A stretch of 64,000 nucleotides of DNA, from the NCBI GenBank assembly GCA_009602725.1, contig WELB01000014.1:713002-777001 (forward strand), read 5' to 3'. Below the pieces are notes generated by a model, which saw only the letters and a program-made list of their open reading frames with translations, did no database searches and was not told the DNA's origin. Origin of the DNA: Spirogloea muscicola (lineage: Eukaryota). The translations under genes were made by a program, and so were the position numbers. Positions 47,981 to 64,000 of this stretch are shown in pieces (the stretch's first letter is position 1; each line of letters opens with the position of its first letter).

Positions 47981-49179
47981 AGAAGGCGCGCGGGGCGCAT
48001 GAATTGAAAAATGGGAAGAAGTGGTCGCCCCGGGGGTGGTCCTAATAATGTCGGTCCTTCTTCTCTTTCTGTTTAGTTTGCCCTAGACTCTGCCTGAAAG
48101 GGTTTAGGGTTTAGGCTTGAATTGGCCTCCATTTCATTTCATGCGCCCCGCGCGCCTTCTCTCCGGATGATTTGTCGCCCAACCTGGCACAGTCGGCGTG
48201 GCTCCGGGGTGGTTGGAATGCGTCGATAAGAACGACGTCGAGGACAAGACGATGCCCACCGCTGCGGCGGGTAGCAACCACATCCAGACGCCTGATGTAT
48301 GGTCTGTCACGCTTGAGGAGTACTGTCAGGATATTAGTGTTTAAACCTTTTGGGCTGGCCTTTCCCAGCCACCAGTCAATCTGGCCGCGCTTTCTTAAAC
48401 CTGCCTAGCGCACCATAGTGTTGTCAAAGTTCAAAGAATGGGGCGTCACAATGAGAAGACGCTCTTTCCAACGGGAAGATGGCTTTGAACGAATGCCAGC
48501 CCACTGCTAACGGGCAAAATGCAGTGGAGTCGCCACATGCATCCCGCATGTCAGGCCTCGCCTGGCCGACACGAGGGATGGACTGGACAGGCTCACTCCA
48601 AAGCAGCGGCAGCGCTTCCCGGGCGGCGGGAGCAACAGAGGCGGGAGAGAGCTCAAGAAGGAGGCATCTTCCCAACAGGGGCGGGGGCTGTGAATGGCCA
48701 GCCCAGATGAAGAACAAACAAGGTCCAAAGCAACGAGCAGGATACGATCCTCCAACACGTCAGCAAGAGGCGCTCAATAACCTCCAGCGGGTCCCCACCG
48801 TCTATAGGCAGACGCCGCAGGGGGGACCGGCTGTGAAAAGCCAGCCCGAAGTGCATTGACAAGATCCGAAGGTGCCGGCAAGCCGCTGAAGGCAGTCATC
48901 GCCCTCTAATGGAAAATGTCCTCTCCGTGATGGGCCAGCCCAGAAAAGAAGGACGAGCCTAGTTCGAAGGGGCCAGAAAAGCGCAAAAAGGCACACAACC
49001 AAGCGAAGAAAGGACCATGTGGAGGACCATTGCTATTCTGGGAGGCTCGAGGAGCAGCAGCAGGCACGCGCGTTCCCAGGGCCGCGGCGGGCGCCCCGCT
49101 GCGCCGCGGGTGTGGGCGGCGCGCCCCCGGGCTCGGGGGCAGCCGTAGCCGGCGAGCCGCCTGGTCCGCGGCTTGGTGT

Positions 49180-49189
49180 GCCACGTGGC
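49180..49189. promoter_or_regulatory. G-box/ABRE upstream of beta-amylase
   Basis: GCCACGTGGC; a second GCCACGTC at 49358. Confidence 0.45.
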
Positions 49190-49468
49190 GACCGGCTGGT
49201 GGCGGGCCTCCCACCACGCCAGTTACAGTTAGCCCCCCCCCCTTGGCTGCGGCTGAGTGGCGCTGATTGGGCTCCGGTTACCGCCGGGCTGGGTCCGGGG
49301 TTATCCCGCCCGCCCGCGGCGCGCCGCCGCGTCAGCGCTGGCCCGGCCGCGGGCGGCGCCACGTCGCCGCGCGGGCGGGAGCCATGGCGGCCGGGCGGGG
49401 GCCTCCATAGCCGGGGGGGCGCTTTTATCTTTTTCCCGCCGCCCGGCGGCGCCAGGCCGATTTGATTN

Positions 49469-53036
<3,568 letters not shown>

Positions 53037-54007
53037 TTGCCACTGTGACCCAGTTTTGGCCTGGGGACCAGGGTCATATCTCAACCTCCCAACTTCTATA
53101 GTGTTTTTTTGGGCAGCCCCATTGTTTCCAGGAGCCATGGCTCCCGTTTTGCTGTGCTACCAGGCAGCTAGGCGCATGGTGCTGGCTCACAGTGCCGTGT
53201 TGTGGTGACCTTGATTGATAGCATGTAGTTGTAGATAGATGCAGTAGGTGCGACGCAGCACTCCTGGGAAGGCAGCTCATGGAGAGATTGGTCACTTTTT
53301 AGCGCTGGTCGTTCGCAGTGACTGGCTTTCTTGTTCAGCTATACTTTGTACAGATTCATACACACTTTAGTGATCAGTCCATTTCTCATCATCGGGCAGG
53401 CTGACCAGTGTGTGAAACCTTAGTTCCAGGCTTTGCAGTCAGCATGCTTTGCTAGTCATTCACATTAGCTGTCCTCACGTATGTTTTGCAGCCCCTATTT
53501 AAGCAACCTTGGGCATGTATGTTCACAGCACAGAACCATGGGATGCCATAGATTGCTGATGTATTTCTGTATTGTGCTGGCCAGTAGGAAGCGTGTGCAC
53601 TGATTGCCAACAGTCAATGTGAATTCGTAGAAAGGGTTGGGAAATTTCATCTTACTTCTTGAGAAGCTGCTGATGATGAGTAATCAAGAGCTAGCTCGTG
53701 GCTGCCAGTGTGCAATATGCGCTCAAGAGATGAAGGAGATGCTGTCAATCTTTCGGCCTCAAAGTGGCTCGCTTTACTTTCAGCCGGCTTTTAATACGTC
53801 CTTGCACTACTACATGATGCTCCTGGAAGGCAACAATCCAAGAATATACAGATTTCTAGGTGTAGACAGACCCAATAGATCCCACAAGGCTGCTATTTCT
53901 AACCAATGACTTTGAGGACTTGCACAGCGACCGAGGAAGTGCCAACAAATTTGTGAAAGATGCAGACATAGATACATCTCTACTAAAGGGTCGCCCACTT
54001 CACAGAT

Positions 54008-57000
54008 CTAGGAGGCAGTGGCAGCGGTCATCTGCACGTGGCCTGATACGCGATACCCGGGCCGCGTGAGCAAGGATGCAACGCGACGCACGTCCTCAGG
54101 TGTCACCTCCTCCACACTCCGGCACTCTCTAAGCAGGTTATCCCAGCCTCCAGCCTCGGCCTCGTACTTGCACAGCAAGTTCGCCATGCCGGAGTTGCTC
54201 CCAAAAATTTCCTGGAGATATGCAACGTGCATCAGCATGCTCTATATCTCTGCCATCTAGTAGAAGAAAAAGAAACAAGCGAAGTGCTGCTAATAAGAAG
54301 GTCCAGCAGCAACTTCACTGCCTGCACTTGGAAAACGAGCTGTCTCTGGGGGCTGTGAATTAGCGGGTAATTTCTACCAGGAGGCCGGCCCTTGTGGCCT
54401 TGCGCACGGGGACGAGCTGGTCCTCATCAACCAAGCCCTGGGCCAGGTCCTCCAGCTCCCTCTGTAGAAGGACTGCCAGTTCGTCGGTGCTTCCCCCTGG
54501 CGACATGCCGACTTGCACTCAGAAGCCTGTCCGCATGACCACATGACCACTTCTGCTGCTGCTCATAGGACGTGAACCTTTGGTATGTCCATATGAGGAC
54601 TTAGGACCCAATACTTTCACATGAGAGACCTACACTTACAGCCCTGAATGCTGAACCTTCAGTCCTTCACTTGACCGTCACCCACAGATTGAACTAGGAT
54701 AACGATAGGTGCTAATGTCCTGCCCCATCCAATTTGAGGCAGCAGGTCGTAATATACATTATTGTCTAATTGCATAACCTTCTATTTGGCATAAGCACCT
54801 GGTAGGGGAATCGCGGAGAGGAGCAAAAGATTTGGCCGCAAATCGCCAGGGTAGCTCTCCCCCGCGTCTGCAGCCAATGCCTTCCTCTGGAGGACCAGCC
54901 TCTGTATCACGCGCATGGCCTCCCAACGATGTGAACGGTATCTTGCAGTTGTGCCACGCCACTTAATGTAGTGCATGCCCAAAGTACATGATTTAATCCC
55001 ATTTGTCATATACTTTCAACTCGCAGTCATTTGCGGGTCATAAGTTCCTTGTCCAAAGCCACACCTTGTAGAGTCGCGAGGTGCGCCCGCTGCTCAGAAG
55101 CTCTGAGATTACAGAGATGGTTGGGTCGTCCGTTGAGGAGGCCGCTGGCCGGTAGTGACCTGATCAGAGCACAATCATCGGGCCAGAAGACCCGCTTATA
55201 TTGTAACCTTACTGTCGTATCTGGTATAGCTTGAACAATCAGTGGATTCAGAAGGGCTGCAGAACATACTGACATGTTTAGCCTATCTTAAACGCAGTGC
55301 ATTGGTAAGGACAGGACTTAAGGGTTTGAATTAGAGTAGCCATGTCTGTCTCAAACATAATATTAGCTTGGATCTAGGACACTCCCTGGAGATAGCTGTG
55401 TCCCATCCGACATTCAATGTCTCACCCTGTATGTAGAAGGGGTTGGAGGGGAGCGACATCCGCAGCTGCCCGACAGTGTCGCTGGTGGGCTCTGGCAGCT
55501 GCTCCCACTCGGCGCTTGTCCTCCACTGCCTAGGAGGCGGCGGCGGTGCTGTCAAGTACCCAATCGCTGGCAGCCAGCCGCCAAAGTATCGCCGTGCCAG
55601 CCTCTCCACCTTGGGAGTGAGACGCAGGAGGACAAAGGGTCTGAGCTATCGTCTTGCTGACCAAGTTCTGCAAAGATAAACCTGCTAATGCGCTGCAGAC
55701 AGGGTAATGTATAAATGACTGCTTTGCCGCAACTCAAGCTGTAGCGGCACAACATACAGAAAGAGCAGGGTAAACCTCAATCAGCGTGGCATAGCGACTT
55801 GCTGGCTCACCTCCACAGGATCCACGTCCCCAACCTATCCAGGACGTCATGCAGCATTGATAGACACAGTCAGGAGGTGCACCTCAGCTTCTTTGCATTC
55901 CAGGCTTGCAACATCTCAACTAGCCACGAATACGGAAGCTGCCATCACGTGCATTGATTGACTGGGAGTTGTACTGCCAATGGGTTTAGGAGATGATAGC
56001 AGACGGATTCGAGTGGCAGACAGACAAAAGTAAAGCAATCAACTTGTAAAGCTAGAGTACTGGCTACAAATGTTGGGGCTCATGGACTACTAGTGCTCAT
56101 GTGAAGGGCAATGTTGCGGACCACTGCACATGTAAGTGCCTTTGGCGTGTAGCGCTGCCAGAAAAATGCCTCAACCTCTCTCCTCCCAATCTTCTCAAAA
56201 TCCTCAGCTGGCTCTTGAAGTCAAGGTGGAGGTCGTGTACTTGGCTGGTGTCTGAGGTGATATAGACCTGCCAGGCTTCATACTAGCGCCTACACCGCAT
56301 GTCTGATAATGTAAATCTCAGCCTGTTCCAAATTTCAACGTCTATTGCTCACGAAGTCCCTGCTGCCTGAGCAGTCACAGACACAACTCTGAGTAGTAGT
56401 CGGCACTTGTGCTATGTAAATCAGTGCAGAGGGTCTATGTGCAGCAAGGCAGGTAGCGGAGAGGATACGGTAACCAATTACAGGCCGACCATATGGGCTG
56501 TTGGGGAATGCCATTCGAGAGAATGACTGCAGGAACCTGCCAAGTGGCGCATTATCGACTCGCAACCGGCGCTCCTCCTTTACAACCTGCCATCAACTCC
56601 AACTGGCTGCATCCATGTCATGAGCGAGAAGCTGACCACGTGTACCAGGCGTGCAAGACACACATTACTCCTCCGATGCTCTTGTGGCACACAGACCCCA
56701 AGTAATGGTCACACTGTGCTTTCTTGCCATCATCACTGTGACAACCATCCCAACATTGGCTTCGACTCTGCTTGACTTGATCTCACAACCGGTGAAATGT
56801 AAGGCTTTTGCTTTCTGCCATTGACATGCAAGTTTGTCACATCAAGGAGCACAAGAAAGACAAAGGTTGAGCCTGGCTCCTCACGTGGAACAAGTGATTG
56901 AAGAGCAGCTACTCACGAGAAAGGCATCAAACACACCTCTTTCTCTGCATAAAGGTCTCGGAAGACCGGCGCTATGAAGCGAGCGCTCTCAAGGGCCATC

Positions 57001-58791
57001 CACAGCTCCAGCTTATTTGCAGGAAGAGAGACGAAATACTCTGCAGCAGGATGCAAATGCAAAGCAGAGCAATGGCTGTAGCTCAGAGGTAACCCATTAT
57101 TGAACTTTGTGACGCTTACAAGTTGGCCAGATGCACTAAAACAATTTGGTCTCCTTCTATTGTCCTAAGCGTGAAGGCGCAAGGAAAGAAGTTCCCCTAA
57201 GGGAATAATTGCGCTGCTTATAGTGGCAGTAGATTGTAAGAGGGACAGCTGGTACCCTGCTCTTTTGGCGCACGGGCTTGGCAAGTGAAGACAGCAAGCA
57301 GATTGACTGGCACCCGTACCTGTTGAATCCTGAGTCGTCTGGGCATTGAGTCCCACTCCACCTTCGCGGCTCAGCAGGGCCCCATACGCATTTGGGACAG
57401 AGAGCTCTGCCGCCTGCGCCTTCCTTGCCTCCTGCTCACAGAGATTGCAGCAATACTTGTGTGAATTGCCCTGCACTGTGGAATGAAACGACATCTTTAA
57501 CCTACTGCCCAAGTTGCAGTACAAATGCCTGCAGAGACCTCACTGCAGCGAGCACTAGGTGTAGTATCATGTCAGAGGTAGCTCTGAAGAACATGGTCTG
57601 TCACGAGAACTTGCATCCAGCATAGGATCCTGCTCCGGTCGTGATCCCGTCTACAGCATGTGGCTGCATGAGAGTTAGTGATTGGCCTCTGGAAGGGCTC
57701 CTGCTAGCGTACAAACTGCTCCGCCAGCCGGGATGCCGCTCCGCTTTTGCCAGACTCCTTGGCCTCCCGCAATTGGTAGAACACTGCAAGCAAACCCTTT
57801 ACCCCCCACGTCATCATACTGCAAGCATGGACAACATTGCATCATCTTGGGTTCTTGACCGGTAATGCATTTGGAGGAGGACCTGCCAGCAGTTCACGGG
57901 CCTGACGCATCACCTGGAACGTGGCAAATGGTTCAGAATGCATGCAGCTCACTCACAGTAGTCCAGCTCGTCAAGGACAGATGCCTCCGCCTTTGGGTCC
58001 TTGCTGCCGATCTGCGACGTGCCCTTGAAGGCCAGGTGCTCCTGCTTGCAGAGAATGACATGAACATTAGCTGATCTTGCACGCACACCCTCAGCACCCA
58101 GTGATATGCAGAGCGAGCAGCGACATTGGCGCAGCAAGCTAATACGTTCCATAGAAAGCAATAATTTATCAGCTCTTAGCATCCCGAGCTGCTGCAGGAA
58201 TACTTGCAGAATGCAATCAACGGGGACCAAAGCGGAGATGAGAAGCTGGGTACATCGTGCCGGCCTGTACTAGCATGGATGGACAGCTGCAACTTGCATA
58301 AGCAGCGGCTTAGCCACACCGTCAAGCTTATTGGAAGGCTTGACATTGTGTATGTAGTGTGACTGGAGCGCTTGACGGCGTTAACGAAACTGGCCCACCA
58401 GGAAGTGCGCGAGGCCCGTCTGCCCGTCGGGCTCGTCGGCCGCCCCGACGGCGGCGTACACGTGGCAGGCCACGATGGGCGCCGCGCGGCGCTCCATTAC
58501 CACCCAGCGCATGCCGTTGGCCAGCGTGAACGCGGACACGCGCGAGCGCACGGCGTCCAGGGCCCGCGAAAGCGCCGCCTCGCGCTCGTCGTCCCCCTGA
58601 CGAGCTGCGGCTGCGCATCACAGGAGCGCCGCAGCGGAACTCACGACAGTCAGTCACCACCAGCGGACTGCGCCGCTGAGAAGCGATGCTGCTCCTACGC
58701 TTCGTCCCAGCGCTGTCCTCTCTGCTGCCGCCGCCGCCGCCGCCACCGCCGCTGCCGCGGCCGCAACGTCCATGCCAGCACGTAGTGCCAT
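54008..58791 (-). CDS. M16B (insulinase family) zinc peptidase, catalytic cyanobacterial-type subunit
   Basis: FTLANGMRWVVMERRAAPIV..DEPDGQTGLAHFL|EHLAFKGT (HxxEH split by an intron), GGVGLNA, NKLELWMALESARF, EKEVVKEERR, PYGRPVIG, VGDVDP, GRTSRLYK, SNSGMA. The first exon is unresolved. Confidence 0.9.
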
Positions 58792-58920
58792 GGCCTCTCA
58801 CACCTGCCAGCGCCCCTGCTGGCAAGGGAAGACGTGCACGGCCACACACCTGGCTGCGCAGGGGCAGCCAGCGGCTCCGCCCGAGCTGCCGCGGCGGCGG
58901 CGGCAGCGGCGGCGGCGGAC

Positions 58921-59001
58921 ATGCCGAGGGACGCGAAGGTGGTGGTGCGCATCCTCAACTCCATGGGCGTGCACGACTTCGAGCCCCGCGTGGTGAATCA
59001 G
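58921..59001 (+). CDS. TAF9: TFIID subunit 9, first exon (rest in gap or missing)
   Basis: MPRDAKVVVRILNSMGVHDFEPRVVNQ matches the TAF9 histone-fold N-terminus; GT donor, then the N gap. Confidence 0.85.
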
Positions 59002-59004
59002 GTG

Positions 59005-59684
59005 NNNNNNNNNNNNNNNNNNNNNNNNNNNNNNNNNNNNNNNNNNNNNNNNNNNNNNNNNNNNNNNNNNNNNNNNNNNNNNNNNNNNNNNNNNNNNNNN
59101 NNNNNNNNNNNNNNNNNNNNNNNNNNNNNNNNNNNNNNNNNNNNNNNNNNNNNNNNNNNNNNNNNNNNNNNNNNNNNNNNNNNNNNNNNNNNNNNNNNNN
59201 NNNNNNNNNNNNNNNNNNNNNNNNNNNNNNNNNNNNNNNNNNNNNNNNNNNNNNNNNNNNNNNNNNNNNNNNNNNNNNNNNNNNNNNNNNNNNNNNNNNN
59301 NNNNNNNNNNNNNNNNNNNNNNNNNNNNNNNNNNNNNNNNNNNNNNNNNNNNNNNNNNNNNNNNNNNNNNNNNNNNNNNNNNNNNNNNNNNNNNNNNNNN
59401 NNNNNNNNNNNNNNNNNNNNNNNNNNNNNNNNNNNNNNNNNNNNNNNNNNNNNNNNNNNNNNNNNNNNNNNNNNNNNNNNNNNNNNNNNNNNNNNNNNNN
59501 NNNNNNNNNNNNNNNNNNNNNNNNNNNNNNNNNNNNNNNNNNNNNNNNNNNNNNNNNNNNNNNNNNNNNNNNNNNNNNNNNNNNNNNNNNNNNNNNNNNN
59601 NNNNNNNNNNNNNNNNNNNNNNNNNNNNNNNNNNNNNNNNNNNNNNNNNNNNNNNNNNNNNNNNNNNNNNNNNNNNNNNNNNNN
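59005..59684. other. Assembly gap (N run)
   Basis: 680 Ns. Confidence 1.
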
Positions 59685-60313
59685 CGCCGCCGCCGCCGCC
59701 GTTGCCGCCGCCGCTGGGCATCCTGGGCCTGGGCGCCGGCACCGTTGCCGCCGTGCTGCTGCACGCCTGGCCGGCGCTGGCGCTGGAGGGCTGGGAGATC
59801 GACGCACAGGTGGTGCGCCTCGCCCGCCGCCACTTCGGCTTGCGCGAGCTGGAGGCGCCGAGAAGGCCGCCGCGTTCCAAGGATTTGTCGCTGGCGGCTC
59901 GTGGCCTGCGGGTCCACGTCGGCGACGCCCTCGGCGACGGCGCAGTCGTCGGCGGCGGCTTCGCGGGCCTCCTCGTGGACCTGTACGCCGACGGGCGGCC
60001 GCACGCGAGGCTCTGCGACGCTGCGACGTGGGCCATGCTCAGAGGGCGGCTGGCGAGCGGCGGCCGCATCATGGCCAACTGCGGCGGCCCGCCTTCCGCG
60101 GGAGACCAGGCCTCTGTCCTGGCGTGGGAGGCGACGGTGCTCCGCATCAGGGCCGCCATGGCGGCCGCCTTCTCCGAGGACGTCTGGTCCAAGCAGCTCG
60201 AGGATGCCGGCCGCAACGTCCTCCTGATGACCGGCCCGCGGCCTGACGTCGAAGCGTGGCGTCGTGCCCTCCCATTGCAGCTGCGGCGCTGTGCCGACGG
60301 CTGGCACCAGTAG
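59685..60313 (+). CDS. SAM-dependent methyltransferase, spermidine-synthase-like plant family (5' partial)
   Basis: LGILGLGAGT (motif I), LEGWEID, VHVGDA, LLVDLY, GGRIMANCGG. Confidence 0.82.
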
Positions 60314-62469
60314 ATCCAAACGTGTCGAGCTGTTGGATGAACATGGAACCAGCAACTTCACAAACAAAAGCATCCTGTGAGGCTGTGTCCAGCAATAATT
60401 GCTCTCCAGTCCCACCCAGCAGCTGTTGCTTTCTTCTCTTTCGCTGAAAGGAAATGATCACATGCAAAGTAGATAATACAAGCTTCGGGCACTGACAGAC
60501 AATGCTTGTCAGCATCTACATGGGCAATTTGGACATGGAGAGTTCAGGGCTTCTTGACATTCTGTTGCACCTGCTACCTGCAGTTGCTAAAGGCTGACGA
60601 TTGTACATCACCAGAAGGTCTTAAGTGAGGGCTCCTGGAACTTCCTGCAGGCTGGCTTGTAGGCCTGGCCTGCCTTCGGGGGATTGGCATCAGAGAATTA
60701 CAACAACGATAGAGGACTGACATCCAGTCAGCCACGCACTACGGATGCAATCCTTTGACGCACTTGCAAGCAGGACTTGGTATAAGCCTTTGGAGCTGCT
60801 GCATTGCAGATCGTGTCCACGAGGTTAGCAACAGGCTGGCCTGTTCATGCTGCTGCTTATGAGGCTTTCATAAACCATGTCACTCAACGGAAGTAAGCCA
60901 GTCTGATGCGGGATGTGATGCATAGGTGTTATTGGACTCAGCAATATGCAATGTCTGTACTTTGTGGCTGGCTCTCTTTGATATTGATTGGCTTGTGCAA
61001 GTTGAGCAGATTTGCATGCTGCCTGCTCATTGTCAGATTGCTCAACAATGCAGGGTGTCAATAAATGTCAAAGAAAGGCGTGGAAGATATTGGCTGTGTC
61101 TATCAATATTATTATGGAGGAGCTAGACACGCTTGATACATGTTCTTGAGCCTCCAGCTTGATATGCCATGATGAAACACTGCATGATTTTCCTGATGGC
61201 CAAATCTGCGGTTGTTTCCCCTTAGTTTACTTAAGGTCACAGCTTGCTAGTGTCATTTGTACTATGAATGTACCAAGACAATCATGAAGCACTCCTGCTG
61301 CTTCCATACATTTGTTTGCTTACTACATGTAACCATGTTGCTAAAAGTATCGTGCTACTTTGACTTGACAGAAGTACTGATGCCATTTGTACAGAGGAGG
61401 GCATGTTATCAGCACTCGAATGAAGTCAATGGTTCACAACAGATAAAGCGATGCAAGTGCAAGTCCATGGTGCGAGCTCTACATTGTTTACTCTGAGGGA
61501 TAGGGGGATACATTCTTTCTGATGAGCCCCAACTGCAGCTGCCGCTGTCCCAAATGTGTCCGCTCTGGACTTTCTCAGCCACCATCCTTTTGGAAGAGCG
61601 CTTACTATATAAGGCTTGTTCCTGAGATGAAGCGTGGATGTCCTTCTGATTTAGACTGTCGGGAGGAGGGGATCAGCCTGCAGGCAAGACTCCTGTTGTT
61701 GCATCCACAGGGTAATTGGACCCACCTTGGATGCTTACCTGATCAACGCACAGGACAACATTGCAAGGATCCAGCATCGTGAGATGCAGCCATGGTGAAG
61801 GGTGTCCCCAGTCACTACACACATTGGAGGGCAGGCAATGTCCAGCTCTACTTGGCAGCAATGATCCGGTTAATCTACTGATGTTGCTGGTGAGAAGGCA
61901 TCTTCGGGAGAAGACTTGACCATACAATGCTTGTGTTGACCAGCTTAGTGGCCAAACAAGGTGAGGGGAGCAGATCACCATACTGATCTTTAGCTTGGAT
62001 GGACACACAGAACACCTCTTTTTACTATGACTCGAAGTATTTGTCTTGCTGACAAATCTTGTTACGCTGACAGTGAAGGGCGGCAGGGGGCCAGCAGGTC
62101 GCCTTGGACTGCAATCTGATTACCATACTTGATACTAGAAGGAGAACATTCGAGTGCACATTTTCTGGCAGCCCTTGTCATCAAGTTTGTGAGGGATCGT
62201 TCAAGAAGCTACATCTGCGGGCAATAATTGTGAGAGGCAGCCCAATTGTCGGGGATAGGACAGCACTGTCAGCAGATTCCAGCGAACATTGGAGACAGTG
62301 CTGTGGACCATAGCTTAGTGAAAATTTTAAGTGGTTTTGCCTGGCTGGAGCTAATGCTCTCCCGAAGAGGAGGCGGTGGCTGGGGAATGGCAGCCCAGAG
62401 GAGTGGGCAACGTCGGGGGGGGGGAAGCCCCAATACGATTTCAGATTGCTTAGCAAAGGGAGAGAGGCT

Positions 62470-62622
62470 CTTCATACACCAGCGTGCTGGGCGTGCATTA
62501 GCCCAGGCTAACGGCTCCGGGGTGGTGGTTTGGCTCCTCAATTTGACTTGTCAGATATACATGTGCTCACTCGGGGATATCTAGTGTCCCCCTTAGCCAG
62601 CTCCTTACCCAGTTAACAGGAC
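62470..62622 (+). mobile_element. RLE element fragment (third subfamily)
   Basis: IHQRAGRALAQ..SDIHVLTRGY; homologous to the reverse complement of 47645-47780. Confidence 0.7.
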
Positions 62623-62971
62623 TCCGAAAGGAGAGAAGGAAAAGGAGGCGAAAAGGAGCTAGTGGCTGTGGAATGCCAGCGCAGCAGGGTGGACGACAGT
62701 CTAGGGGTAGCCCCAACGTCAGTCACGCGGTAACACAGAACAGCTCTTCCATGGCAAAGGCAGTGAGAGGCCAGCCCAAAGAGAAGGCGCGCGGTGCGCA
62801 TGAAATTGAAAGGGAGGCCACTTCTAGCCTTACAAATGTCCTGTTAACTGGGTGATATGAGCAAAGGAATCAACAAGGTGTGAAGGTGTAAAGAAAAGGT
62901 CAAAGAACCGGCTGCCCACTGATGGCCAATCAGTCGGTGGAGTTGATTGGAGCTCCACAACGGGCCGTCCA

Positions 62972-63109
62972 TGCATCGAGTAGTGACCTTTATGTTTTGA
63001 CCCGTGGTTATTGAGCGGGTCAATCTGCTGTAGGTTATATAGATTTTTAGATGTGCTTGCCTTTGTACCTGGCCATTTGGCCTACATTTCTTTCTAATAC
63101 ACGATCTCT
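62972..63109 (+). mobile_element. 138-bp 5'-truncated RLE element insertion with 7-bp TSD
   Basis: Near-identical to 42224-42361, flanked by CCGTCCA at 62965-62971 and 63110-63116. Confidence 0.9.
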
Positions 63110-63516
63110 CCGTCCAGCACGGCCTCTGGCTCTGGCCAGGGGAACCACTTCCAGGAGCCTAGCATCTCTGATCTGCGGCTGCTTAGCAGGGGTTACTGAC
63201 TGATTCGTAGCTGCTATATTGCTTCATGTGCTTGTTTCTCATTAGCGCTTCCCCTGGCCCCCTTCTCGTACTCTGTTCATTCATTTTTGGGCTGGCTGCT
63301 CCAGCCCCTATCCTCAATGGGCAAGCACTTTCTTCCGAAAGGGCGTCAACGAGCTGCCTGAACGTGGGCCCGAGCGGACGGGCTACCGGCGTGGGAAGCC
63401 GTTCGCAAAGCCCCAATGGGAGAAGGCCAGTTCAGCATCCCGACACTGCCTCTCAGCGGACCGCTTCCCCCCCAGCCGACGAGCCAGGCCCCCGCGCCGC
63501 CGCCGCCGCCGCCGCC

Positions 63517-63932
63517 ATGGGCCGCAAGTTCATCGTCGGCGGCAACTGGAAATGCGTGAGCGCCTCGGCCTGCCGCCTCGGTTTTGCGCCTTGCGCAGCA
63601 TTCCTCTTTCTCCATCTCGCACCCCGCCCGTCCCCGCAGCAGCTCTCCTTACTCTTGCTCCCCGGAGCCACGACGATAGGCAGCTGGAGGCTGCCTGCAC
63701 TGCCGCTCGAACGGCCCGGCAGCTCGAAGCGGCCTTGAGGATTTCTATCAGTGCAGAAAGGCAGCTTGCCCTGTCTCCATGAGCCACTGAGCTCCCCGTG
63801 AGGAGCAGCTTCACAGCTCGGCTTCGTGACAGTTGCCACTTCTTGACAACCTGCAGAATGGCACGACGGAGTCGCATAAGAAGCTCATCGAGCATTTCAA
63901 CGCAGCCGAGGTGCCCTCGGAGGATGTAGTAG
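63517..63932 (+). CDS. TPI: Cytosolic triosephosphate isomerase, first two exons
   Basis: MGRKFIVGGNWKC|NGTTESHKKLIEHFNAAEVPSEDVV; the gene continues beyond the window. Confidence 0.95.
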
Positions 63933-64000
63933 GTGCTTGACTGCTTTCATGCACTTCCATTGCCTAGCACGTTCGTGCCTCAAGTCAGCTTTATTGCTCG

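Noticed and set aside
54759..55275. ORFs initially suspected to be transposon remnants in an intron
   Set aside because: They are exons of the M16 peptidase (HYRPA..GRTSRLYK and RLVLQ..YPGDLRPNL).
57697..57712. Apparent in-frame TAG in the M16 catalytic subunit
   Set aside because: A GTACGC donor directly after EQF removes it, and the next exon continues in frame.
62607..62853. 16-bp inverted repeat as TIRs of a DNA transposon
   Set aside because: The arms (62607-62622 and 62838-62853) are the same retroelement 3' UTR segment in two opposed copies; no TSD or transposase.

Overview
Eukaryotic nuclear DNA with dense, intron-rich genes. Plant-type proteins, TTTAGGG telo-boxes, a plastid murD and very GC/(GCC)n-rich gene 5' ends suggest a streptophyte alga or early-diverging plant (inference). 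Genes reconstructed by hand, in order: a Gly/Pro-rich 3' fragment, UDP-Gal/Glc transporter (1-nt frameshift), PrimPol, RPL17, TraB-family protein, formate dehydrogenase, LEA-like protein, an orphan RPL32 first exon, a conserved OTU-like protein, CCT, Mpo1/DUF962, a rolling-stone-like membrane protein, murD (frameshifted), two complementary cyanobacterial-type M16B peptidase subunits, a decayed gene, beta-amylase, a TAF9 fragment, a SAM-methyltransferase and the start of TPI. The most striking non-genic structure is a family of restriction-like-endonuclease (RLE, CRE-like) non-LTR retroelements. Their 5'-truncated ends lack poly(A), often carry a conserved 3' stem-loop, and pile up with target-site duplications in five clusters; all five lie in gene 5' flanks and none was seen in introns. 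Other highlights: an FDH with Ala in place of the NAD-specificity Asp, and the linked M16 pair next to murD. Three large N gaps and four single Ns limit some calls. All family assignments come from recognised motifs, not database searches.
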